Below the pieces are notes generated by a model. It was not told where the DNA came from, made no database searches, and saw only the letters and a list, made by a program, of their open reading frames with translations. From Labilithrix sp. (GTDB lineage: Bacteria > Myxococcota_A > Polyangia > Polyangiales > Polyangiaceae), in assembly GCA_044227045.1 (NCBI GenBank), contig JBGAFW010000037.1:65129-98911 (forward strand): a stretch of DNA of 33,783 bases, written 5' to 3'. Shown piece by piece: positions 8,779 to 16,570 of this stretch. The translations under genes and the position numbers were made by a program. Positions within the stretch are counted from its first letter, which is position 1. Every line of letters starts with the position of its first letter.

Positions 8779-11148
8779 ATGCCCGGCAAAACGACGAACA
8801 CCAACTCGAACAAACAACGCATTCACGAGCTCGAAGGCCTCCTCCGCAAATACAAGGACGCCTACTACAACGGGGAAGCTCTGGTCTCCGACGCAGCGTA
8901 TGACGCGCTCGAAGACGAGCTTCGTGCGCTCGACCCGAACCACGCGATCCTGAAGAGCGTCGGCGCGCCTGTTCGAGCGAAGAAGGTCGAAGAGGTCGAG
9001 GAGGACGAAGGCGCCGTCACCGAGTGGGAGAAGGCCAACCACGCGATCCCGATGGGGTCGCTCAACAAAGCCGTCAACGACGGTGAGTTCCGCCAGTGGG
9101 CCGCGCGATGCGATCAGCTCGCCGCCGAGAGCAAGCTAGGCAAGGTGGCGCAGAACCTCCTCGTCACCGAGAAGCTCGACGGGCTCTCGCTCGCGGTGAA
9201 CTACGAGAAGGGCAAGCTGGTCGAGGCGATCACACGTGGTGACGGTCATGTCGGCGAGCGCATCACCCCGAACGCACGCCGGATGAAGGGCGTCCCGGCG
9301 AAGCTCCCCGAGCCGCTCACGGTCTCGATTCGTGGCGAGATCATCCTGAAGCTCTCCGACATGAAGAAGGCGTGGCCGGGCTACGACAGCCCCCCGCGCA
9401 ACAAAGCGGCGGGCACGTCCAAGCGCTTCGACGGGCAGGGCTGCGAGCACCTCACGGTGATGTTCTACGACCTCGCCGGCGACGAGCAGTTCGCGACGGA
9501 AGAAGACAAATACAAGCGCATCGCCGAGCTTGGCCTGATCGTCCCCGAGTTCACCGTCACCGATCTCGAAGGCGCGCTGAAGATCCACAAGGAGTACGCG
9601 CGTTCGAAGCGCGCAGCCCTCGACTACGAGATCGACGGTCTCGTCATCCGCGCCAACGATCTGCGCACCCAGGAGCTGCTCGGTGAGCTCGGCGGCCGGC
9701 CGCGTGGCGCGGTCGCCTTCAAGTTCGCGTCGATGGCGAAGACCACGAAGGTCATCCAGATCGACTGGGAGACCGGCCCGACGGGACGTGTCACGCCCAT
9801 CGCGACGGTCGAGCCGATCGAAATCGGTGGCGCCGTCGTCCAGCGCGTCGTCCTCCACAACGTGTCGAACATCGAGCGTCTCGGCATCGGCGTCGGCGAC
9901 GAGGTCCTCGTGTCGCGCCGCAACGACGTCATTCCTCATATGGAGGAGGTGGTCGTCAAGCATGGCAAGACGGAGGTCCCACCCACCAACTGCATCACCT
10001 GCGAAGGCGAGCTCGTTCGCAAGGGCGAGTATCTCTGCTGCACCAACCTCGAGTGCAGCGATCTCGTCGAAGGTCGAATTCATCGCTGGGTCGGCGCCCA
10101 AGACATTCACGAATGGGGCGACAAGCTCATCGCCCAGCTCGTCGAGGCAGACCTCGTGCGCGAGCCGGCCGACCTCTACAAGCTCACGGTCGACGACATC
10201 GCCAAGCTCCCGGGGCGCGGCAAGATCATCGGCAAGAAGGTGATCGACAACCTCCACGCCAAGCTCCCGCTGTCGCTTCCACTCTTCCTCGCGTCGCTCG
10301 GCATCGAGGAGTTCGCGCTCGAGACGGCGAAGCTGCTCGTCTCGAAGGGCTACGACACGCTCGAGAAGCTGCAGAGCGCGAACGTCGACGAGATCGCCGC
10401 GATCAAAGGCATGGGCGCGATCCGCGCGAAGCATGTCGTCGGTGGATTGGCGGCGCGCAAAGAGGAGATCGAGCGTCTCCTCGCCGTCGGCGTCGTGCCG
10501 GTCATCCCCGGCGCGAAGGGCGCGGGTGGCCTCGCCGGCAAGAGCTTCTGCTTTACCGGCACGCTCCCACGACCGCGCAAAGAATACGAAGACATGGTCG
10601 AGAAGAACGGCGGCACGCTGCTCTCGGGCGTGACGAAGGAGCTCAACTACCTCGTCATGGCGGATCCGAACTCCGGCTCGACGAAGGCGGAGAAGGCGCG
10701 CAAGTATGGGACCGAGTGCATCAGCGCCGAGCAGTTCATGGAGCTCATCGCCGCGGCCGCTGCGGGTGGTGGCGGCGCCGCGACGAACGGCGCAGGCGTC
10801 TTCGAAGACGAGGGCGAAGACGAAGACGAAGACAAACCGAAGAAGAAGGCGAAGGCCGCGCCAGCGGCATCGTCCGGCTCGCTCTCGACCGCGCTCGAAG
10901 GTAAGACGGTCTGCTTCACCGGCGCGCAGCCACGCAAGCGCTCCGTGCTCGAGCAGATCGTGCAAGACAACGGCGGCACCGTCCTCGATCGCGTCACGAA
11001 GGGGCTCACCTACCTCGTCATGGCCGACCCCGACTCGGAGTCGACGAAGGCACGCAAGGCCCGAGAGTACGGCACCGAATGCATCGATCTGGCCACGCTC
11101 GAGGGCATCATCAAGAAGAACGGCGGCGTCGTCCCCGACGACGAGTGA
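8779..11148 (+). CDS. ligA: NAD-dependent DNA ligase LigA with a duplicated C-terminal BRCT domain
   Basis: Adenylation motif KLDG, OB fold, Cys4 Zn finger (CITCEGE...CCTNLEC), HhH motif (LPGRGKIIGKK). Two near-identical BRCT units (LAGKSFCFTG...YLVMADP / LEGKTVCFTG...YLVMADP) are separated by an acidic/Lys-rich linker. GAGGA lies 8 nt before the ATG. Confidence 0.9.
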   Translation: MPGKTTNTNSNKQRIHELEGLLRKYKDAYYNGEALVSDAAYDALEDELRALDPNHAILKSVGAPVRAKKVEEVEEDEGAVTEWEKANHAIPMGSLNKAVNDGEFRQWAARCDQLAAESKLGKVAQNLLVTEKLDGLSLAVNYEKGKLVEAITRGDGHVGERITPNARRMKGVPAKLPEPLTVSIRGEIILKLSDMKKAWPGYDSPPRNKAAGTSKRFDGQGCEHLTVMFYDLAGDEQFATEEDKYKRIAELGLIVPEFTVTDLEGALKIHKEYARSKRAALDYEIDGLVIRANDLRTQELLGELGGRPRGAVAFKFASMAKTTKVIQIDWETGPTGRVTPIATVEPIEIGGAVVQRVVLHNVSNIERLGIGVGDEVLVSRRNDVIPHMEEVVVKHGKTEVPPTNCITCEGELVRKGEYLCCTNLECSDLVEGRIHRWVGAQDIHEWGDKLIAQLVEADLVREPADLYKLTVDDIAKLPGRGKIIGKKVIDNLHAKLPLSLPLFLASLGIEEFALETAKLLVSKGYDTLEKLQSANVDEIAAIKGMGAIRAKHVVGGLAARKEEIERLLAVGVVPVIPGAKGAGGLAGKSFCFTGTLPRPRKEYEDMVEKNGGTLLSGVTKELNYLVMADPNSGSTKAEKARKYGTECISAEQFMELIAAAAAGGGGAATNGAGVFEDEGEDEDEDKPKKKAKAAPAASSGSLSTALEGKTVCFTGAQPRKRSVLEQIVQDNGGTVLDRVTKGLTYLVMADPDSESTKARKAREYGTECIDLATLEGIIKKNGGVVPDDE

Positions 11149-11230
11149 CCTGGAAAATAGGCCCCGCGTCATGATGGGGAGCCTGAGGACATGGGATCGG
11201 GGTAGGGGGTAACGCTTGTTAGAACGAAGA

Positions 11231-11272
11231 GACTCCTGCGAAAATCATGGTAGGAGTCCTCCTCTCTTTTCC
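11231..11272 (+). terminator. Candidate intrinsic terminator downstream of ligA. It is weak.
   Basis: Stem GACTCCT / AGGAGTC (7 bp, 14-nt loop) is followed by the pyrimidine/T-rich tract CTCCTCTCTTTTCC, about 80 nt after the ligA stop. Confidence 0.25.
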
Positions 11273-11288
11273 TTGGCCACCCGCTCCC

Positions 11289-11352
11289 AACCCTCCCGCT
11301 GATCACGTTCGGTCTCGTACAACCCTCCCGCTGATCACGTTCGGTCTCGTAC
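11289..11352. repeat. Perfect 2 x 32-bp direct tandem duplication (AACCCTCCCGCTGATCACGTTCGGTCTCGTAC), ending 15 nt before the ATP-grasp start codon
   Basis: Exact match seen by eye between 11289-11320 and 11321-11352. Confidence 0.9.
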
Positions 11353-11367
11353 CATCGAGCCTCCATC

Positions 11368-12585
11368 ATGCGCGTCGTATTCCTTTCACCTGCTTATCCC
11401 GTGGACATGATCAAGTTCACGCGTGGCCTCGCCGAGGTCGGAGCGCAGGTCTATGGCGTTGGCGACACCCACCGCGACCAGCTCTCGCCCGCGGTGAAGC
11501 CTTACCTCCACGATTACTTGCAGGTTCCACGCATCCTCGACGAGGGCGATGTGATGGAGCGCATCTCGGGCTGGCTGCGCGGCCGCACGGTCGATCGCGT
11601 GCTCACCAACTGGGAGCCGCTCGTGATGCTCGCCGCTCGGCTCCGCGAACGGTGGGGCATGCCGGGGATGTCGGTCGACACCGTGCGAGCGTTTCGTGAC
11701 AAGGAGATCATGAAGCAGCGCGTTCGTGCTGCGGGCCTTCGCGTCCCGAAGTCACGCCGCGTGCACACCGCCGCGCAGGTGCGAGAGACGGCGGAGGAGT
11801 TTGGCTATCCGCTCATCTTGAAGCCGATCGCCGGCGCTGGCTGCGCCGACACCTACGAGGTCCGCAGCGTCGCCGAGCTCGAGCAGGTGCTCCCACGCCT
11901 CGGCGGATTGCCCGAGGCGTCTTGCGAGGAGTACATCGAAGGCGAAGAGCTCACCTACGACACGATCTGCATCGATGGCAAAGCGAAGATGGAGAATGTG
12001 TCCCAGTACTTCCCGAAGCCACTCGAAGCGCGCACGCACGAGTGGATCAGCCCGATCGCGATCAGCGTCCGCGATCTGACGCAGCCCCGCCTTCAGGCCG
12101 GCCTCGCGCTCGGCCGCGCCGTGAACGACGTGCTCAAGATGGGCGACGGCTTCACGCACATGGAGTGGTACCTCACACCCAAAGGTGAGGCGGTGTTTGG
12201 TGAGATTGGATGCCGTCCAGGCGGCGCCGGCCTCGTCGACCAAATGAACTACACGTTCGACGCCGACCTCTTTCGCGAGTGGGCACGCGTGTGCTGTTGG
12301 GGGCACTTCGAGGCGAGCACCGAGCGCAAGTACAACGTCGGCATCGTCTTCAAGCGCGCCCAGGGCTGGGGCTACATCACACGCATCGAAGGCCTACAAA
12401 ATTGGCTGCGCATGTGTGGCCGATGGGTCGTCGAGGAGAGCCTCCTCAAGCCCGGCACGCATCGTCGCGACTGGAAGCAGACGCAAACCTCCGACGGGCA
12501 CGTCGTCGTGCGTCATCCCGACTGGGACGAGGCGCTCCGCATGTGCTACGCGGCCGCGACCGACATCAAGATGTACGCGCAATGA
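11368..12585 (+). CDS. ATP-grasp domain protein (carboxylate-amine ligase, or L-amino-acid-ligase-like)
   Basis: 405 aa. ATP-grasp signatures present: GYPLILKP.AGAG, EEYIEGEE, and ME.YLTPKGEAVFGEIGCRPGG. GC3 is high. Confidence 0.7.
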   Translation: MRVVFLSPAYPVDMIKFTRGLAEVGAQVYGVGDTHRDQLSPAVKPYLHDYLQVPRILDEGDVMERISGWLRGRTVDRVLTNWEPLVMLAARLRERWGMPGMSVDTVRAFRDKEIMKQRVRAAGLRVPKSRRVHTAAQVRETAEEFGYPLILKPIAGAGCADTYEVRSVAELEQVLPRLGGLPEASCEEYIEGEELTYDTICIDGKAKMENVSQYFPKPLEARTHEWISPIAISVRDLTQPRLQAGLALGRAVNDVLKMGDGFTHMEWYLTPKGEAVFGEIGCRPGGAGLVDQMNYTFDADLFREWARVCCWGHFEASTERKYNVGIVFKRAQGWGYITRIEGLQNWLRMCGRWVVEESLLKPGTHRRDWKQTQTSDGHVVVRHPDWDEALRMCYAAATDIKMYAQ

Positions 12586-12721
12586 GCTGAGTCGGAGGTC
12601 TCCCGACGAGCTTCCCGGCGGCGTGACACCTCGATCTCAGGAGGGCCCGCGCGACGACGATCGGCGCGCCGTCACAGAATGGGCACCGTCCGCGAAGAGC
12701 CTTGAAACAAGGAGCTCGCGC

Positions 12722-13366
12722 ATGGCGTTTCCAATCTCGATGGCCCCCTCGTCTTCCTCACAGTCCGCTCGCAGCTTCGCCGCGCGCCGTGCCGCGCTCT
12801 TCTTCGCCAGCCGGCTGATCCTCGCCGCCGGCATCGCCGCGAGCGCGCTCATCGTCTTTCTCCCCAAGAACACCCACGCCGACGACTCGGATGAGGTGAA
12901 CGACTGGGAGCGCGCCGGTGAGTACGTCACCAACGACGAGGGCGAATACCAAGGGCAGATGTTCGGCAAGGTGCTCGTCAAAGGCGAGCTGAAGAGCACG
13001 GCGACCGGCTGGGTGCTCGTTCGCACGTTCGAGAACCAGAGCGACGAGCCGCAGACCGCGGTGGTCGAGGAGAAGCTCTCGCAACAGCTGACCGCCAACT
13101 ACGCACGCGTCTCGCCGCCCTCCGTGACGCTGATCCTCCGCACGCAGAAGGTGGCGCTGAAGCCGCACGAAAAGAAATCGATCGGCATCATCATCCCTCC
13201 TGCGATCAGCGCCGAGATGGATCGCAACGCCAAGATTCAAGCGGCGATCGCCCAAGAGCAGAAGCGCATGGCGGAAGACGAGACGGGCGAGCATCCGATG
13301 AACCTCGCGCTCCTCCAGCGAACGTATACGGCCTACAACGTCGGGATCCCAACGAAGGGCTCGTGA
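12722..13366 (+). CDS. Hypothetical secreted or membrane-anchored protein (214 aa)
   Basis: The in-frame ATG at 12722 begins a hydrophobic signal/anchor (FFASRLILAAGIAASALIVFL). The upstream part of ORF 12416 overlaps the ATP-grasp gene out of frame and is rejected. Confidence 0.5.
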   Translation: MAFPISMAPSSSSQSARSFAARRAALFFASRLILAAGIAASALIVFLPKNTHADDSDEVNDWERAGEYVTNDEGEYQGQMFGKVLVKGELKSTATGWVLVRTFENQSDEPQTAVVEEKLSQQLTANYARVSPPSVTLILRTQKVALKPHEKKSIGIIIPPAISAEMDRNAKIQAAIAQEQKRMAEDETGEHPMNLALLQRTYTAYNVGIPTKGS

Positions 13367-13511
13367 CGAAGCCCGAGTTCATGCCCGAGCCGCCTCCGCT
13401 CGAGAACGCAAAGCTCGTCGCCGGCAGCGCGAAGGTCGCCAACAACCGAGCCGACACCCTCTGATTTTTGGCCGGCGCGACGCTTCGGACCCAACGCACG
13501 CTGTCTGCTCG

Positions 13512-14771
13512 ATGATGACCGCCCAACACACGAAGCTCCAGCGCTCGAGCTCGAGGCTCCTGAGCTCGAAGGTGAAGCCCGCGCTCACGCTGGCGTTCGG
13601 GCTCCTCCTCGCGTGCGCCGCGTTCGTCATCCACATGCGGCTCACGCGTGTCGTCGCGAAGCCCTCCGCGCCACCGCAGCTCGCCGGCCATCACGTCGTG
13701 TCGGACGACGTCGGCGGGCTCGACGAGGTGTTGATGCACTACGTGCCGGAGCTCGAGCCGGTATTCGATGTAACCTACAAGGACTTTCTCGGTACCCTCC
13801 CGCCCGAGACGCGGCTCGTGTTCGTCATTCAACGAGGTCGCCGCGCCTCGCTCGACGCGTTCCTGCGTCGCATCGGCGCCCAGACGCGCCTCGAAGCGGG
13901 ACGAGGCCGCGTCGTCGAGCTCGACGTCCCGATCGGCATCTGGTCGAAGGATCGCGCGCTCGTCCTCGCGAGCGACCGCGATCCGCGTGCGAGCATGCTC
14001 CTCGTTCCACCAAAACCCCAAACGGGCGACGGCGCGACGCTGGGAGCGTCAGGGTCGTCACGTCCCTTCGATTGGCAAATCATCCCGGCGGTGGCCCGCG
14101 CGATGCCCGACCGCGGCTTCGAGGTGAAGGAGCTGCCGCTCGCGTTCGACGCCGGCGACTTCGCGATCGCGGGCAACAAAGTCATCTTCGACGCGAACCT
14201 CCTCGGCCGCAACCGCACGCGTGGCTACGCGACCGCCGCGGCGCTTCACGAAAAGATGCGTGCGCTGCTCGGTCGTGACGTCGTGATGCTCGGCACCGAA
14301 GAAGGCGACGTGCCTCGTCATCACATGTCGATGTACATGGCGCCGCTGCCTGGAGGCACCGTCCTCGTCGGCGACCCCTCGCTCGCCGAGCGCATCGTCG
14401 GCAAGGGCTACGTGCCAGGAGAGACGAGCGTCGAGACGGGCCAAGCGCTCACCGCGGACTTCTCCGCAGCGACGCAAGCCCGCTTCGACCGCGCCGCGCG
14501 CGACCTGACGCGAGCCGGCTTCCACGTCGTGCGCGTCCCGAACGTTCCGTTCGACGACAAAACGTACTTCGCCTACACGAACGGCGTGTACGAGACGCGC
14601 GGCGGCCATCGCCGAGCGTGGGTCCCGAAGCTCGACGTACCCGACCTCGACCGCGCCGCGTTCCGCGTCTACGAGGACCAAGGCTTCGAGGTCATCCCCA
14701 TCAACGTACGCAAGGTGTATCCCCAACACGGCACGATCGGCTGCCTGGTCAACGTGCTCTCCCGAAGCTGA
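13512..14771 (+). CDS. Membrane-anchored guanidino-group-modifying enzyme superfamily (pentein fold) protein. It resembles the agmatine deiminase / peptidyl-arginine deiminase family.
   Basis: N-terminal TM helix (LTLAFGLLLACAAFVI). IWSKDRA resembles the W.RD motif. A Cys lies near the C-terminus in G.IGC (HGTIGCLV), which looks like the catalytic-Cys motif of that superfamily. The family assignment is tentative. Confidence 0.45.
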   Translation: MMTAQHTKLQRSSSRLLSSKVKPALTLAFGLLLACAAFVIHMRLTRVVAKPSAPPQLAGHHVVSDDVGGLDEVLMHYVPELEPVFDVTYKDFLGTLPPETRLVFVIQRGRRASLDAFLRRIGAQTRLEAGRGRVVELDVPIGIWSKDRALVLASDRDPRASMLLVPPKPQTGDGATLGASGSSRPFDWQIIPAVARAMPDRGFEVKELPLAFDAGDFAIAGNKVIFDANLLGRNRTRGYATAAALHEKMRALLGRDVVMLGTEEGDVPRHHMSMYMAPLPGGTVLVGDPSLAERIVGKGYVPGETSVETGQALTADFSAATQARFDRAARDLTRAGFHVVRVPNVPFDDKTYFAYTNGVYETRGGHRRAWVPKLDVPDLDRAAFRVYEDQGFEVIPINVRKVYPQHGTIGCLVNVLSRS

Positions 14772-14937
14772 GCCACGCTGGCGCGGGTTGGCCACGCTGG
14801 CGCGGGTTGGCCACGCTGGCGCGGGTTGGCCACGCTGGCGTGGGTAGGCCACGCTGGCGTGGGTGGGCCACGCTGGCGCGGGTGGGCCACGCTGGCGCGG
14901 GTGGGCCACGCTGGCGCGGGTGGGCCACGCTGGCGCG
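14772..14937. repeat. 19-bp tandem array (GCCACGCTGGCGCGGGTTG), 8 full copies plus a partial one. It starts on the base after the stop codon of the upstream CDS.
   Basis: Unit starts fall at 14772, 14791, 14810, 14829, 14848, 14867, 14886 and 14905, with a partial unit at 14924. Variant units differ by 1-2 nt (cgcgggttg, cgtgggtag, cgcgggtgg). Confidence 0.9.
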
Positions 14938-16106
14938 AGTTACCCCACGCGGATTCGCGAAACGCCTTGGTTGAAAAGGGTGAAAGAAGAGAGAGACGTG
15001 CGTCAGGTTGAGCGCGGGCTCGCGAAAGCACCTTGGTTGAAAAGGGTGGTCCGTGGAAAACGAGCAGGTTGGGCCACGCTGGGCGCGAGACCTTGGTTGA
15101 AAAGGGTCGTTCGACAAAACACGTCGTGGAACGACCACGCACGGTCCGACAGCCGCCAGCGACCGACGCCAGCGCGAGCTGAGTCGCCACTGGGCGAAAA
15201 CGCCTTTGTTGAAAAGGGAGAGCCCTGCACGTCGGCGACCGCGCTGGCGCGGGTAGGCCACGCTGGCGCGGGTAGGCCACGCTGGCGCGGGTCGCCACGC
15301 GGGCGCGGGTCGCCACGCAGGCGCGAGTTAACCCACGCGGATTCGCGAAACGCCTTGGTTGAAAAGGGTGGAGGAACCGCTCGACGAAACACGTCCTTAG
15401 AACCAGCGCGAGCTCTGGGGAAGAGGGTGGAGAGCACCCATGCACGGGGTTGCACGCTGGCGCCGCTGGGCGCGAAATACCCTGGTTGAAAAGGGTCGTT
15501 CGGAAACGCATCTGTGGACGACCCGCGGTCTGATGCATGCGCCAGCGACCGACGCCCGCCAGCGCGAGCACCTCTGAGCCGCGCGCGCCGCCTCGCGTCA
15601 CTTCGCGAAAACGCCTTTGCTGAAAAGGGGAAAACCGCGCGGCTTGGCCACGCTGGCGTGGGTTGGCCGCGCTGGCGCGGGTTACGCTGGCGCGAACACC
15701 TGGTTGAAAAGGTGGAGGATCCGTTCGACGAAACGCGTCTTTGAACGAGCGCGCGGCGTCACTTCGCGAAAACGCCTTTGTTGAAAAGGGTGGACCCTGC
15801 GCACGGCTGCGACGCGTGGGTTGGCCACTCTGGCGTGGGTTGGCCACGACGGCGCGGGTTGGCTACGACGGCGCTGGATGAAGGCGCGGCGAGCTTCGGG
15901 CGAAAACGCCGTTGTTGAGAAGGGTGAACCCTGCGCACTGCTTGGCCACGCTGGCGCGGGTCGGCTGGGTTCGCGAGAGGTATCGGCGAGCTCGAGGGGC
16001 GCCAAGATCTGGATCTCGCCGCGCCTCTCGTCCAGCGCGCGAGCGAAAACACCTTTGTTGAAAAGGGTGAAGGCCACGCTGGCGCGGGTCGGCCATGCTG
16101 GCGTGG
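14772..16106. repeat. Composite higher-order tandem repeat region. It has 19-mer GC-rich arrays in several places. It has 11 copies of a 28-bp motif (about CGCGAAAACGCCTTTGTTGAAAAGGGTG) with core TTGAAAAGGGTG. It also has degenerate units of roughly 130-200 bp.
   Basis: Core copies fall at 14971, 15037, 15097, 15208, 15359, 15486, 15620, 15704, 15781, 15915 and 16058. Extra 19-mer clusters lie at 15246-15318, 15645-15688, 15817-15875 and 16072-16106. Block 14925-14990 is duplicated at 15300-15370, and 15088-15270 resembles 15474-15680. Confidence 0.85.
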
Positions 16107-16249
16107 ACCTTTAGGGACTTGCCTGCCGTTCTCGCCACACTGGAAAGCGAAGTGAAATGTGGGAGACGTCGAACAAGAAGGAGGTGTGGTCCGTCGAACG
16201 CGTCATTCGATCGGGCGACATGCCCACTTACTGGAACAACCTTCGAAAA

Positions 16250-16546
16250 ATGCGTCGCTTTTCCTCACTCATCCTCGCGTCCTCACTTCTCCTCTCTGCA
16301 TTTGGCTGCGCGTCGAAGCCTGCGCCCGTCGCAGCGGCTCCGACAACGGGCGCCGAGATCGATACGAGTGACCCTTCGTGGGCGCCGCCCCAAGATGGGG
16401 TCGTCGTCGTGGAGAAGCCTGCGGTTAATGAGAACGAGAACGTGGCGGGCGCGGCGCGGAAGCCAGGTGCGCCTGCGGTCGCGATGCCGGCGCCGAACGC
16501 GCGGGCCTCGGCGGCCAAAGGGTCGATTCACGCAGCGACGAACTGA
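16250..16546 (+). CDS. Small lipoprotein (98 aa), hypothetical
   Basis: ATG 16250 begins MRRFSSLILASSLLLSAFGC with lipobox LSAFGC. The mature part is Ala/Pro-rich. Confidence 0.45.
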   Translation: MRRFSSLILASSLLLSAFGCASKPAPVAAAPTTGAEIDTSDPSWAPPQDGVVVVEKPAVNENENVAGAARKPGAPAVAMPAPNARASAAKGSIHAATN

Positions 16547-16570
16547 GGGTGAACTACAGTCGCGCGCACG

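Noticed and set aside
9136-11172. 678-aa minus-strand ORF
   Set aside because: It is antisense to ligA. It is Arg/Asp/Leu-rich and has no motifs.
11153-11175. Shared GAAAATAGG...TCATGA motif downstream of ligA and at 24288
   Set aside because: The second copy lies inside the coding N-terminus of the L,D-transpeptidase gene (AT-rich initial codons), so this is probably coincidence.
12416-12721. Upstream part of the 316-aa ORF overlapping the ATP-grasp gene
   Set aside because: It overlaps the ATP-grasp CDS out of frame and is Ser/Arg/Thr-rich. The hydrophobic signal begins at the internal ATG at 12722.
14772-14937. Sigma-54 promoter (TGGCAC-N5-TTGC) inside the 19-mer (cTGGCgCgggttgGCc)
   Set aside because: The GG-to-GC spacing is 9 rather than 10, and the element repeats 8 times in tandem. 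Chance resemblance in GC-rich sequence is likely.
14669-15847. 392-aa minus-strand ORF (and several other ORFs) running through the repeat block, with repeated peptides such as NPRQRGQPAPAWPTRASVA
   Set aside because: The periodic peptides are just the translated DNA repeats. The 19-bp period is not a multiple of 3. Third-codon positions are not GC-enriched. There is no RBS. It overlaps the 3' end of a well-supported gene.
14772-16106. CRISPR array interpretation of the repeat block
   Set aside because: The repeats are imperfect. The spacing between 28-mer copies varies (64-150 bp). Many of the would-be spacers are themselves repeated (the 19-mer arrays and duplicated blocks). No cas genes are present.
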